Assembly (NCBI GenBank): GCA_965237905.1
Contig: OZ250172.1
Location: 2,016,001 to 2,080,000 of the forward strand
Length of the DNA stretch: 64,000 nucleotides
Direction of reading: 5' to 3'
From: Nitrospinaceae bacterium
GTDB taxonomy: Bacteria; Nitrospinota; Nitrospinia; Nitrospinales; Nitrospinaceae
Shown one piece after another: positions 30,201 through 39,321 of the stretch. Position 1 is the stretch's first letter. Each line of letters begins with the position of its first letter. The notes below the pieces were generated by a model. It was not told where the DNA came from, did no database searches, and saw only the letters and a program-made list of their open reading frames with translations. Both the position numbers and the translations under genes were made by a program.

Positions 30201-33130
30201 AGGGGCGGTCGCATCAATCGGAAATTCACGCATGGGTGATCGGCAAAGGCCGCGTCCTATGGAGCGAACCGAACAACAACAGCCTGCAGATCATCCCGGA
30301 AGAAGAGGGATACAAAGTTGGCGACACCGCCCGCTATCTGGTCAAGAATCCCTTCCCCGGCGCCCAGGCGCTGGTCACGATAGAACGTTATGGAGTCCTG
30401 CACAGCTGGGTGGAGACTTTAAAAACCAGCACACCGGTCATCGAGTTTCCGGTGAAAGCCGATTACGTTCCCGGATTTTATTTGTCCGTCGTGGTGCTGT
30501 CGCCCCGTGTCGACAAACCACTGGGCGAGGGCAATGTGGACCTCGGCAAGCCGGCCTTCCGCATGGGGTATGTCTCCGTGCCCGTCAAAGACCCGTATAA
30601 GGAAATCGTGGTTACTGCCAAAGCGGAAAAGGAAACGTACCGTCCCCGCGACACGGTCAAAGTCTCTTTGCGTGCCAAGCCCCGTCACCCTGGCAAAAAA
30701 GAACCGATCGAACTCGCTGTGGCGGTGCTCGACGAGTCGGTGTTCGATCTGATTCAGGGCGGTAGTTCCTACTTCGATCCGTACAAGGGATTTTATAAAC
30801 TCAGTAGACTTGATCTCAGCAACTTTAATATTCTCATGGGACTGGTCGGCCGTCAGAAATTCGAAAAGAAAGGTGCCAATCCTGGCGGCGGTGGTGATGA
30901 TTCCGGTGTGGCCATGCGTTCGCTATTCAAGTTCGTCAGCTACTGGAATCCATCTATCAAAACCGATGCCTCCGGCAAAGCAAATATCGAATTCGAAGTT
31001 CCGGACAATTTGACCGGATGGCGCGTTCTGGTCCTCGCCGTCACACCCGGTGACCGCATGGGATTGGGCGAGGGCAACTTCAAAGTCAATCGCGCCACAG
31101 AGGTGCGCCCGGTCATGCCGAATCAGGTGACGGAAGGCGATGACTTTGTCGCAGGTTTCAGTGTCATGAACCGTACCGGCGGACCGCGTAACGTTACAGT
31201 CACCATCTATGCCGAAGGTGATATCAAAGGCGGCTCCTCAAAGGAAACGAAGACAGTCTCTCTAAAACCTTATAAACGCACCACCGTCTGGATGCCCATT
31301 AAAACCCGTACGGTGAAAAAAGACCGTAATCATCCTGCGGGCCGGGTCCAATTCAAAGTCACGGCCGTGGATAAAGTGGATAAGGACGGGTTGATTCATT
31401 CTCTTCCCATAAATAAACGGCGGTCGCTCGACACCGCCGCCAACTACGGCAGCACAACCAAATCGAAAGTGGAGGATTCCATCCTCTTTCCAAAAAATAT
31501 TCATACCGATGTCGGCAGTGTCAGCGTGGTCGTATCGCCTTCGGTCATCGCCAATGTCGAGGGTGCGTTCAAGTACATGCGCGACTACCCCTACACCTGC
31601 TGGGAACAGATTTTGAGCAAAGGCGTCATGGCGTCGCACTACATCAACTTGAAAGGATATGTGTCCGATGATTTCCAATGGGAAGCCGCCGTGGAACTTG
31701 TGAAGAACACATTGGAGTCGGCGGCCAGTTTTCAGGCACCGAACGGCGGCATGGTGTACTTCGTGCCGCAAGACCGGTACGTCAGCCCCTACCTCAGCGC
31801 CTACACCGCGCTGGCATTCAACTGGCTCAAAGCCAGTGGGCACGAGGTACCGCAGGCAGTCGAACAGAAATTGCACGCCTATTTGGAAAATCTTCTGAAG
31901 CGCGACGTGTTCCCGACGTTTTACAACAAGGGCATGTCGTCCACCATCCGAGCGGTGGCGCTGGCGGCGCTGGCGGAGACGGGACGCATTGGCAAGGCGG
32001 ATCTCGAACGCTACCGGCGGCATGTCCCCTTCATGGACTTGTTCGGCAAAACCCATTATCTGCAAGCAGCGCTCAAATTAAAAGGCACTGCAGCCATTGC
32101 GAAGGAAACCACCGAAATGATCCTGGCCCACTCCAGCCAGACCGGCGGCAAGTTCATGTTCAATGAAACGCTCGATGACAGTTATTCGCGCATTCTCGCG
32201 ACACCGCTGCGCACTAACTGCGCCATTCTGTCCACTTGGACGCAGGGCATGAACCGTGCGGAGGTGACGTCCCTGATCAAAGATATTCCATTCAAAATGG
32301 TGCGCGCCATTACCCAGACGCGCGGCAACCGCGACCATTGGGAAAACACGCAGGAGAACATGTTCTGCATGAACGCTCTGGTCGATTACAATAAAGCCTA
32401 CGAAAATACCCAGCCACGGATGGTCGTCAAGGCGATGATGGATAGGAAGACTCTGGGCAAGGTGAAGTTTAACGACCGGCGCGATAAGCCGACCACGTTC
32501 GAGCGGCCTATCGGGAAAAGCGATCCCGGACGCAAAACCAAAATGGTGATCGAGAAAAAAGGGCCGGGCCGCATGTACTATTCAACCCGCGTCAGCTACA
32601 CACCGCTGGAAGAGCACGCCAACCGTGTCAACGCCGGCATCGAAATCCGCAAGGAGTACAGTGTCGAGCGTGACAAAAAATGGACTTTGTTGAAAAACCG
32701 GTCGGAAATCCGGCGCGGCGAACTGGTGCGCGTCGATATTTTTGTATCGATCCCCACCGCGCGCAACTTCGTGGTGGTGGACGATCCCGTGCCCGGCGGA
32801 CTGGAACCCGTTAATCGCGATCTCGCCACCGCCTCCATCGTTGACGCCGACAAAGGAAATTTCAAAGCCGCCGGCAGTTCCTGGTGGTTCCAGTATCCCG
32901 ACTGGCATTACTTCAATGCCTCGCGCTGGAGTTTCTACCATAAGGAACTGCGCCACGACTCGGTGCGGTTTTATTCGGACTACCTCCCGGCGGGCAACTA
33001 TGTGTTGTCTTACACGGCGCAAGCGATCGCACCCGGCAACTTCGCGAAGATGCCCGTACACGCTGAAGAGATGTACGATCCCGACGTCTTCGGCAAAGGC
33101 GTCCCCTCGAAACTGGTCGTGAAGGATTAA
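27260..33130 (+). CDS. Bacterial alpha-2-macroglobulin (YfhM-like)
   Basis: 1956 aa; signal peptide; YKAGDTIQYKLYVR MG domain, PDNLTGWRV, thioester motif YPYTCWEQ, VVDDPVPGGLE, AEEMYDP. Confidence 0.95.
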   Translation: MKRFGVLFLSLAFLFILQGFSTFLVGSTKAAQPLNILRVTPKGNDVPAGRQIVIQFNRAVVPLGRMERRADELPISVVPKLNCQWRWINTSALACQLGEKDALQPAHKYRITINPGIQAEDGATIPKTYLHQFITQRPRVTYSRFSTWRSPGTPVIRVTFNQPVFQTSVEQHIYLMTGIIITDRIPIQAEPDPNDRTAPQILPVPGESYALDFGKPLKQKSDDQLKKSQGVEARRIWLVLPKKELPLNTKFKLKVEPGLLSAEGPEKGITSRDLLEFYTFPELKFLGVSCQTNSKRDILITGAFSTLPQKCNPLARVALTFSAPVLPSQVKKHMKLVPDLAGGRTDYDPWANVYEYSHLNSPHHDGRTYNVYLPENLKAAQKYFLRIKPGTLQGEFGRILEKPVQMIFATDHRQPDYDLIHRTAVLEKKEKTEVPLYVTNMKSVTLNYKRLTPKDRRTQLSLQAKIPEAEDVAFGIPLGIREALGGQTGALYGRLSSNPHVKKSDYENALFAQVTPYAVHVKLGHFNSLVWVTELATGKPVPGATVQIYKNRLIDLSKNSKTLAQGTTDKHGLATLAGTRTMDPQLDTFGYGWYSDDVDRLFVRVDKGGDMALLPLDESRFSVSASSVSDYAVYSVPQKKYGHIKTWGTTAQGVYKAGDTIQYKLYVRNQDNRTLVPPPLTGYHLEIKDPTGKKVHEIKDVTLSEFGAYDGEFTVPKTGAVGWYWFRLTSNFTHLSWNPMRVLVSDFTPSPFRVTNELNGKLFQPGQPVTVTTMARMHAGGPYTDASTRVTAQLKQQAFVSKHPVAKDFNFRKGYSSHYSTSVFNKTDKVDDKGNLLSSFAITNSNILYGTLMVESAVRDDRGKYVASSTSAKFIGLDRFVGLKNTHWLYKEDEPAKINYIVVNERGVPVGGTKVGIQIERRVTKASRVKGAGNAYLTQFTEEWVAAGQCSGSPGAKPSTCRFTPKEPGSYRMTASIKDTEGRSHQSEIHAWVIGKGRVLWSEPNNNSLQIIPEEEGYKVGDTARYLVKNPFPGAQALVTIERYGVLHSWVETLKTSTPVIEFPVKADYVPGFYLSVVVLSPRVDKPLGEGNVDLGKPAFRMGYVSVPVKDPYKEIVVTAKAEKETYRPRDTVKVSLRAKPRHPGKKEPIELAVAVLDESVFDLIQGGSSYFDPYKGFYKLSRLDLSNFNILMGLVGRQKFEKKGANPGGGGDDSGVAMRSLFKFVSYWNPSIKTDASGKANIEFEVPDNLTGWRVLVLAVTPGDRMGLGEGNFKVNRATEVRPVMPNQVTEGDDFVAGFSVMNRTGGPRNVTVTIYAEGDIKGGSSKETKTVSLKPYKRTTVWMPIKTRTVKKDRNHPAGRVQFKVTAVDKVDKDGLIHSLPINKRRSLDTAANYGSTTKSKVEDSILFPKNIHTDVGSVSVVVSPSVIANVEGAFKYMRDYPYTCWEQILSKGVMASHYINLKGYVSDDFQWEAAVELVKNTLESAASFQAPNGGMVYFVPQDRYVSPYLSAYTALAFNWLKASGHEVPQAVEQKLHAYLENLLKRDVFPTFYNKGMSSTIRAVALAALAETGRIGKADLERYRRHVPFMDLFGKTHYLQAALKLKGTAAIAKETTEMILAHSSQTGGKFMFNETLDDSYSRILATPLRTNCAILSTWTQGMNRAEVTSLIKDIPFKMVRAITQTRGNRDHWENTQENMFCMNALVDYNKAYENTQPRMVVKAMMDRKTLGKVKFNDRRDKPTTFERPIGKSDPGRKTKMVIEKKGPGRMYYSTRVSYTPLEEHANRVNAGIEIRKEYSVERDKKWTLLKNRSEIRRGELVRVDIFVSIPTARNFVVVDDPVPGGLEPVNRDLATASIVDADKGNFKAAGSSWWFQYPDWHYFNASRWSFYHKELRHDSVRFYSDYLPAGNYVLSYTAQAIAPGNFAKMPVHAEEMYDPDVFGKGVPSKLVVKD

Positions 33131-33134
33131 GAAC

Positions 33135-35333
33135 GTGCTGAACGGGATTTCAAAAAGAGAGCGTCTCTGGTCCGCCTTCGCTGGAGGCGGCATGATAGTT
33201 GGCGTGGTGTTCACTTTTGTGACGCTGATGAATCTTTCGTCCACCTCAAGGATATTGCAATCCATTCATGTCAAGGGCGAGCAGGTGCGTGTTCTGGATC
33301 GCCACGGCGCACCTCTTTTGGTAAGCGCTCACACGGACTGGAATCTGCACGATACGGTGCTCCTGCACAGTGTTCCCGAGTTTCTTCAGATGGCGTTTGT
33401 GCTCTCGGAGGACAAACGGTTTTACGAACATGACGGTATCGACTGGCGTGCACGATTTCATGCGCTCTGGCAAAACGTGAAAGCGATGAAGGCCGTGCGC
33501 GGCGCAAGCACACTCACCGAGCAGGTGGTACGCATCAACCATCCCCGTTCGCGCACGGTGTGGTCGCGCTGGCTCGAAGGTTGGGAAGCGCAGGACCTCG
33601 AACATCATGCCAGTAAGGCGGATATTTTGGAGTTCTATCTCAACCAGGTGCCTTACGCCTCCAACAGGCGGGGACTCATCCAGGCGGCGCGGCATTATTT
33701 CAACCGCGATCTCGATACGCTCAATAAAAAAGAAATGCTCGCCCTCGTGGTGCTGGTGCGGGCGCCGTCACGTTTCGATCTGTACCGGGATACACGGAGG
33801 GTGGAAACATCCATCCACCGTCTGGCCCGGGCGCTGGTGGACAGGGGAATACTTTCCAAAGTTGAGCACGAGAATATCCTGAGTCATCGGCTCAAACTCG
33901 AAAAGCCGAAATCTCGCGCGCAAGCCTTCCACTTTGCGCAGCAGGTAAGGAATAAACTCGTACCGGGATACCCTCATAGCAAAATTCGCAGTACCTTGGA
34001 TGCCGACCTGCAAAACACCGTGCAATCTTTGCTGGACCGCCGCCTCGAGGATTTGAAATCCCGGAAAGTGCGTAACGGCGCCGTGCTGGTGGTGAATCAT
34101 AACACGCGTGAAATCCATGCCTGGACCGTGGCGGGTCAAATGAACGAAGACATGCCGGGAAGTTTTATCGATGCCGTCACCACCCCGCGCCAACCGGGCT
34201 CGTCCATGAAACCCTTTTTGTACGCGTTGGCGCTGGAGAGCGGGTGGACTGCCGCGACGGAAATCGACGACTCGCCGCTGGTACAATCCGTCGGCCATGG
34301 CCTGCACAATTACCGCAATTACAGCAGAACCTTTTACGGTCCGGTGTCCCTGCGCAAGGCGCTGGGCAATTCGCTCAACATCCCCGCTGTCAAAACCGCG
34401 CAGTTCGTCGGCACCGATTCCTATCTGAAATTTCTGCGCACATTGGGATTCCGCTCACTCAACCGACACCCCGATTTTTACGGCGACGGACTGGCCCTCG
34501 GTAACGGTGAGGTGACGCTGCTCGAATTGGTGCAGGGCTACACCACACTGGCTAACCGGGGCACCTTCGCTCCCCTTAAAACATTGCTGGACGATCCCTC
34601 GTCCCACGCTTCCCGGCAAGTCCTGTCGCCGGAGTCCGCATCGTTGATCGCTCATATTTTGTCTGATCCCGAGGCGCGGCGGCTGGAGTTTGGGGGCGGC
34701 AGTGTGCTCAACCTGCCCGTGCAGACCGTCGTGAAAACCGGGACGTCGACGGATTACCACGATGCCTGGGCGGTCGGGTTCAACGACCGTTATGTGGTCG
34801 GCGTGTGGATGGGCAACCTCGACCAACGGGCGATGGACAAGGTGACCGGGTCGACCGGACCCGGCCTGCTTCTGCGGGGCGTGTTTGCGGAACTCAACCG
34901 CTACCGCGAAACTCATCCCCTGTACCTGAGTCCTCGGCTTGTGCAAAAAGAAGTCTGTTCAGTTGCCACCGACTCTCAACCCTGCCGACCCTATTCCGAA
35001 TGGTTCCTGCCTGGTACGGAACCGGAAGCGGCTGACCGTAATAAAACCCTTGGAGCCGACCCCAAGTTGCAATGGGTGCAACCGACGCCTGGTTTGCAGT
35101 TGGCAATGGATCCACGCATCCCGGATGCTCACGAAGCGTTCGAGTTCGTGATTGGAGGGGTGAAAGAAACCGAGCAGGTGGAATGGATGCTGAACGGAAA
35201 ACCGGTCGCCCGCACCCGTGGAGGCCGCTACCTCTGGCCCGTCGAGCGCGGTACGCATCAACTTCACGCTACAGTTCTGACCGACAGCCCCCAGCCCTTA
35301 ACCCTGTCAAAAGTTCGCTTCAACGTAAAATAA
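33135..35333 (+). CDS. pbpC: Penicillin-binding protein 1C
   Basis: Transglycosylase EDKRFYEHDG and GASTLTEQ; transpeptidase RQPGSSMKPF, SLN, KTGT; C-terminal BiPBP-like domain; directly after A2M. Confidence 0.92.
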   Translation: MLNGISKRERLWSAFAGGGMIVGVVFTFVTLMNLSSTSRILQSIHVKGEQVRVLDRHGAPLLVSAHTDWNLHDTVLLHSVPEFLQMAFVLSEDKRFYEHDGIDWRARFHALWQNVKAMKAVRGASTLTEQVVRINHPRSRTVWSRWLEGWEAQDLEHHASKADILEFYLNQVPYASNRRGLIQAARHYFNRDLDTLNKKEMLALVVLVRAPSRFDLYRDTRRVETSIHRLARALVDRGILSKVEHENILSHRLKLEKPKSRAQAFHFAQQVRNKLVPGYPHSKIRSTLDADLQNTVQSLLDRRLEDLKSRKVRNGAVLVVNHNTREIHAWTVAGQMNEDMPGSFIDAVTTPRQPGSSMKPFLYALALESGWTAATEIDDSPLVQSVGHGLHNYRNYSRTFYGPVSLRKALGNSLNIPAVKTAQFVGTDSYLKFLRTLGFRSLNRHPDFYGDGLALGNGEVTLLELVQGYTTLANRGTFAPLKTLLDDPSSHASRQVLSPESASLIAHILSDPEARRLEFGGGSVLNLPVQTVVKTGTSTDYHDAWAVGFNDRYVVGVWMGNLDQRAMDKVTGSTGPGLLLRGVFAELNRYRETHPLYLSPRLVQKEVCSVATDSQPCRPYSEWFLPGTEPEAADRNKTLGADPKLQWVQPTPGLQLAMDPRIPDAHEAFEFVIGGVKETEQVEWMLNGKPVARTRGGRYLWPVERGTHQLHATVLTDSPQPLTLSKVRFNVK

Positions 35334-35782
35334 AAAATACCCTGCGGCAAAAACTCTCTGTTTTTACCTGTTTGTGTTTTAAAGGTTTACGTTTTCGGGT
35401 GAAGAAGGAGGCCCAGAGTTCCTTGTAAATGAACCGATCGGGCGATATCCTGATTTGTAAATCAAAGTGAAGCCGGATGGATTCATACCGAGGGAGAAGA
35501 CTTGGCCGTGAAATATCCCTCGATCTGGTTCACCGAAGCGGCGGGGCAGGACCCGTGGAGCATCATTGTTTCTTATCCGTTGGGGGCAACCCTCGTTTTA
35601 TTTATAGCATTGATTGCCAAGCCGCAACCGGAACTGGCTACAATGCCCAGCCGGCCGCAAGCGGGCATGCCGCCACGAACTCAGGTCCAGCCGAGACAAC
35701 GGCTCCGGCCTCAACCTACAAATGTGGGAAAATAACGCGTGCTATTCGTAGTGGAGTGACTCCTGATGAAAGAATCCTCCAC

Positions 35783-35825
35783 TGAGGATAACTTCGTGCG
35801 GGTTCGATTCCCGCCCCTCGCACCA
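35783..35825 (+). repeat. att-like duplicate of the tRNA-Leu 3' end
   Basis: 43 nt matching 26105-26147 with 2 mismatches; the last 32 nt (TCGTGCGGGTTCGATTCCCGCCCCTCGCACCA) are identical. Confidence 0.95.
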
Positions 35826-36141
35826 TCCCCAAGCGCATTATCGAGCAGTCTGAATTTCAGTTGCCGCTACTGTTTTAACCTCACTCAATACCTCCTACCC
35901 GGATAGCCATAAATTCGACTGCCTGGTAGCCCTGATAATCGCCAATGTAGAGGGTAACCCCAAGTAATTAAAGGAGTTCTGATAATAGAATTATTGAATA
36001 ACTTTATAGAAAAGAGGTCCTTATTGTTTTGAAAGACCATATTTTTAGGCTATATATAGAGGTAACCTGCCCATGAAGAGGATTTGTTGAGTGAGGGATT
36101 GGCCTAGAAGAAAGGAGGCGGCCAGAATTTGCCGGGGGGGC

Positions 36142-36169
36142 TTGACAGTAGCTAAATTTGTCGGATAAT
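36142..36169 (+). promoter_or_regulatory. Putative sigma-70 promoter upstream of the toxin-antitoxin-like operon
   Basis: TTGACA-N16-GATAAT, overlapped by a GACA...TGTC inverted repeat. Confidence 0.5.
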
Positions 36170-36374
36170 TACGGTTTTCCAATAAAAAAAGTATTGTTTT
36201 GGCACATTTTATGTGAAAAATCATATGAAATAAGAACTTCCGCGAATTTTATGTTGTGATTTCGGTTGACCAATGCGAGCATATAATGATATGTAATACT
36301 ACACTTTATAGACATTTATGTATCATTCTAATACATCTCGCTAATGAATTAACATTTTTATGGCGATATGAAAT

Positions 36375-36770
36375 TTGAATGCCGAAGACGGAAATAAGCT
36401 CCTTGTTGATTTTGTAGAAGCTTGCAAGGACGATAATCAGGAAATAAGCCTGAACTCCCGAATTTGTGGGGGGTCGTCCGGAGCTTCTAAGAAATTTTTA
36501 AATTTAGACACAGAGGAAGAAGTAATTCGCTTTATTGGCAATGGTGGCTTGGAGAAGCCTTTATTCCAAAAAACTGAGCCTTTTAGATATGCCCCAGCCA
36601 ATGAACAACCGTGTTTAGCGTATTCCTATCTTTTTGAGTCAGGAAGTGTTAAGGGATACATATCTATAGCATATCTAGCAAAAAAGAAAGTTTGGAGATT
36701 AAAATCATTTAAAGAGCATGACCAAAAAATGCACATTAAAGCTAAAAAAGGACCAGAAAAATTACTTTAA
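36375..36770 (+). CDS. Putative MqsR/RelE-superfamily toxin
   Basis: Order of motifs FQKT...AYSY...GYISI...KSFKE parallels MqsR (FYKS...DVYR...VYLKI...VSFKE); lies directly upstream of an MqsA-like gene; TTG start uncertain. Confidence 0.6.
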   Translation: MNAEDGNKLLVDFVEACKDDNQEISLNSRICGGSSGASKKFLNLDTEEEVIRFIGNGGLEKPLFQKTEPFRYAPANEQPCLAYSYLFESGSVKGYISIAYLAKKKVWRLKSFKEHDQKMHIKAKKGPEKLL

Positions 36771-36787
36771 AAACCAAGGGTTATAAT

Positions 36788-37483
36788 ATGAAAAAACCAT
36801 TGTTTTGCCCCGAGTGTGATTCCGATAAGATTAGGGTTGATTGGGAAACTGATCAGATATCATTGCCGGGTGGGGACAAATTTGATTATGAAAAGGAAAT
36901 TCACATTTGTGAAAATTGTGGTGAAAGGGGAGTCTTTTCGAGAAGTATCATTAAAGAAAATCATGAAAGATATTTGGCCGCACTTCAAGAAAATAACAAT
37001 CGATCTTTAGAATCGATCACGGATTATCTTTCTCAACATAATTTGAAAATGGCATTTGTTGAGCGATCCTTAAGATTGCCACAAAGAACTGTTTCAAGGT
37101 GGAAGTCAAAGGGGGTTTCCGCTTCTGGTATGGCATTAATGAGAATCATAAAGACTTTCCCTTGGATTTTGTGCGTGGCAGAAAAAGATTTTGATGAAAG
37201 ATTTTCTAAAGAAGAGCTTGTTCGTCAGGCCTTTCCTATTATTCAAGAGACCATTCGTAACCCTGATGAAATTAATTCCGTTAATACATCTCAGAATAAA
37301 CATTTGAAGGCGGCATGGTTTACACCGCAGGGTGCATTCACTATAACTGCATCACTTGTTGTGGATAGAGAAATAATTGCAATGGAAAACCCGAATGCAA
37401 TGCCTAAGCGAACAATCGCAGGGGAAATGCCACATGCAACGGAAATAGAATTTGAGATTCTTGAGGGAGATGTCAAAATATGA
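36788..37483 (+). CDS. MqsA-like antitoxin (Zn ribbon + HTH) with a ~100-aa C-terminal extension
   Basis: CPEC...CENC zinc ribbon, then HTH-like MAFVERSLRLPQRTVSRWKS...ALMRIIKTFP, then an extra tail. Confidence 0.8.
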   Translation: MKKPLFCPECDSDKIRVDWETDQISLPGGDKFDYEKEIHICENCGERGVFSRSIIKENHERYLAALQENNNRSLESITDYLSQHNLKMAFVERSLRLPQRTVSRWKSKGVSASGMALMRIIKTFPWILCVAEKDFDERFSKEELVRQAFPIIQETIRNPDEINSVNTSQNKHLKAAWFTPQGAFTITASLVVDREIIAMENPNAMPKRTIAGEMPHATEIEFEILEGDVKI

Positions 37484-37932
37484 AATTTAGCGATATCATT
37501 GTTTGTGATGATATTAGACGCGAGATAGGGAATAAGCGAACCCTTGTAGGCGTATATTCAAATCAATTAATATTTTATACAGATCCGGAACAACCCAATT
37601 GGCCAACCCCAAAACAATTAGGTATTTATTTTAATATTATTTTGGAGGATGGTGATCCTGCTGGCTTGGATGGTTTTAAGGGGAGTGTTTCCGTTAAACC
37701 TAGTTCAAATAAAAAGACTGAGGAAGTCAAAATTGCAGACTTTCAAGGTGGACTATCTAGCAATATGGGGAAGATTGTGACAATTGATCTGTTGTCTCCT
37801 CTCCTTATCCCTTTCCCAGGCACCCTAATTTTAAGTTTTGAAGTTCAAAGAGAGGGAAAAAAAATCTCCAGTTTTAGAAAAGAGATAATTGAAATAAGTG
37901 AAGCTCCATCAAATCAACCTGCCAAAGTCTAA
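37480..37932 (+). CDS. DUF6941-like beta-rich protein
   Basis: IVCDDIRREIGNKRTLVGVY N-terminus recalled as the DUF6941 pattern; ATGA overlap with the antitoxin stop. Confidence 0.65.
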   Translation: MKFSDIIVCDDIRREIGNKRTLVGVYSNQLIFYTDPEQPNWPTPKQLGIYFNIILEDGDPAGLDGFKGSVSVKPSSNKKTEEVKIADFQGGLSSNMGKIVTIDLLSPLLIPFPGTLILSFEVQREGKKISSFRKEIIEISEAPSNQPAKV

Positions 37933-37984
37933 TACTTCCTAACATCTAAAAAGTCTTTCGAGTCGACTGAACACCTTAGGAAAT

Positions 37985-38024
37985 AAAAAAGGCGGTTCCC
38001 GTTGGGGGAAACCGCCTGCTTTTA
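37985..38024. terminator. Probable bidirectional terminator
   Basis: A6-GGCGGTTCCC-gttg-GGGGAAACCGCC...TTT between convergent genes. Confidence 0.75.
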
Positions 38025-38139
38025 AATAAACATTTCCTATGTTAATCCGGCGGGCTATTTAACCTGGCCGGGATTAAGGCTGGTACCCAGTGTTGGATCA
38101 AACACCCAACACTCCAACCGGAGCGGGAAAAGGATTCAA

Positions 38140-38340
38140 CTACTTGGGCATCACGTTGTGGGCTTGGGGTCCTTTATCCCCAACGTTCATTTCATATTCA
38201 ACGGACTGGCCCTGCTTCAACGTCTTGAACCCTTCCTGCTGAATCTGAGAGAAATGAACAAAAACATCTTTGCCTTCATCCGTCTCGATAAAACCATACC
38301 CTTTGCTATTGTTGAACCATTTCACTTTTCCCTCTGCCAT
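38140..38340 (-). CDS. Cold-shock protein (CspA family)
   Basis: [18 protein letters not shown] (RNP1), DVFVHFS (RNP2), [17 protein letters not shown]. Confidence 0.97.
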   Translation of the reverse strand: MAEGKVKWFNNSKGYGFIETDEGKDVFVHFSQIQQEGFKTLKQGQSVEYEMNVGDKGPQAHNVMPK

Positions 38341-38673
38341 GGCGAAATCTCCCCCAAAATGTAAATTGAAAGCACATCCTAACACAAGTCGGTTTTTTTC
38401 CCAGTGGAGACCCGACAAAAAAGGGTGGATTTTTTGCCGGCTCCTAATATCCGAATTTCAATATCACTATTACATTGAATTTAATGGGGTTATTCGTTTT
38501 TTGGGGGTGGCGAAGTGGGTTAAAATTGCGCATTGTCAGGACCTTTGTGTTCTCAACTCAGGGTTGCAGGACGACTCCCAATCCGAAAATTGATGCATCC
38601 GCCATCTGTCATTTCCTTATATAATTTGTAGGTAATATCATAAGCGCATCCATCTTTGGATATAGGAGTTCGT

Positions 38674-39321
38674 ATGACCCTCCAACTGGGTTCTCAACAC
38701 TATTCCCCGCAACGCATTTTCTGTATCGGCAGGAATTATGCGGAGCATGTCAAAGAGCTGGGCGGCCGTGTCCCCGGCCAACCGGTCGTATTTATGAAAC
38801 CGGTGTCTTGCTTGGTGTCTCCCGGACAGACGATTCCGATGCCGACGCATGGCAACAACCTGCACCACGAGGTGGAAGTGGTCGTGTTGATCGGGACACC
38901 GGGAAAGAATATTCCCGAGTCCGACGCCGCATCCCATATTGCAGGGCTGACACTGGGTCTGGATTTGACCCTGCGGGATGTGCAGTCGGACCTGAAAAAG
39001 AAAGGCTGGCCGTGGGAAATTTCCAAAGCCTTCGACCAGAGTGCCCCTCTCGGAACATTGACGCCCTATAGCGACACCCTTCCACTTGATGACATTCCGT
39101 TTCAGTGTTCGGTCAATGGTGCCGTGCGCCAAACCGGCAACAGTTTCGAGATGATGTTTCCGATTCCTCATTTGATCCATTACTTGAGCGGTATCTGGGA
39201 ACTCAAGGAAGGGGATTTGATATTCACCGGCACACCGTCGGGAGTCGGGCCTTTACAACCGGGTGACCGGGTTACCCTGCACAGCGACCTGTTAGGAACT
39301 TTCGAATGGTCTCTGGCCTGA
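38674..39321 (+). CDS. Fumarylacetoacetate hydrolase family protein
   Basis: IFCIGRNYAEH, FMKP, HHEVEV, GLDLTLRD, GDLIFTGTPSGVG. Confidence 0.93.
   Translation: MTLQLGSQHYSPQRIFCIGRNYAEHVKELGGRVPGQPVVFMKPVSCLVSPGQTIPMPTHGNNLHHEVEVVVLIGTPGKNIPESDAASHIAGLTLGLDLTLRDVQSDLKKKGWPWEISKAFDQSAPLGTLTPYSDTLPLDDIPFQCSVNGAVRQTGNSFEMMFPIPHLIHYLSGIWELKEGDLIFTGTPSGVGPLQPGDRVTLHSDLLGTFEWSLA

Larger units (their letters stand above)
26148..35825. mobile_element. Degenerate genomic island integrated at tRNA-Leu(TAA)
   Basis: Bounded by the tRNA 3' end and its duplicate at 35783-35825; contains an integrase remnant near the tRNA end. Confidence 0.8.

Noticed and set aside
35477..35785. Two short overlapping ORFs at the right end of the island
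   Set aside because: No motifs or clear RBS; they may be gene debris, and I cannot support either as a real CDS.
35783..35825. Second tRNA gene
   Set aside because: Only the variable arm, T-arm and 3' acceptor strand are present. The D-arm, anticodon arm and 5' strand are missing, so it is an att duplicate.
36266..36287. TTGACC...TATAAT promoter
   Set aside because: The spacer is only 10 nt, too short for sigma-70.
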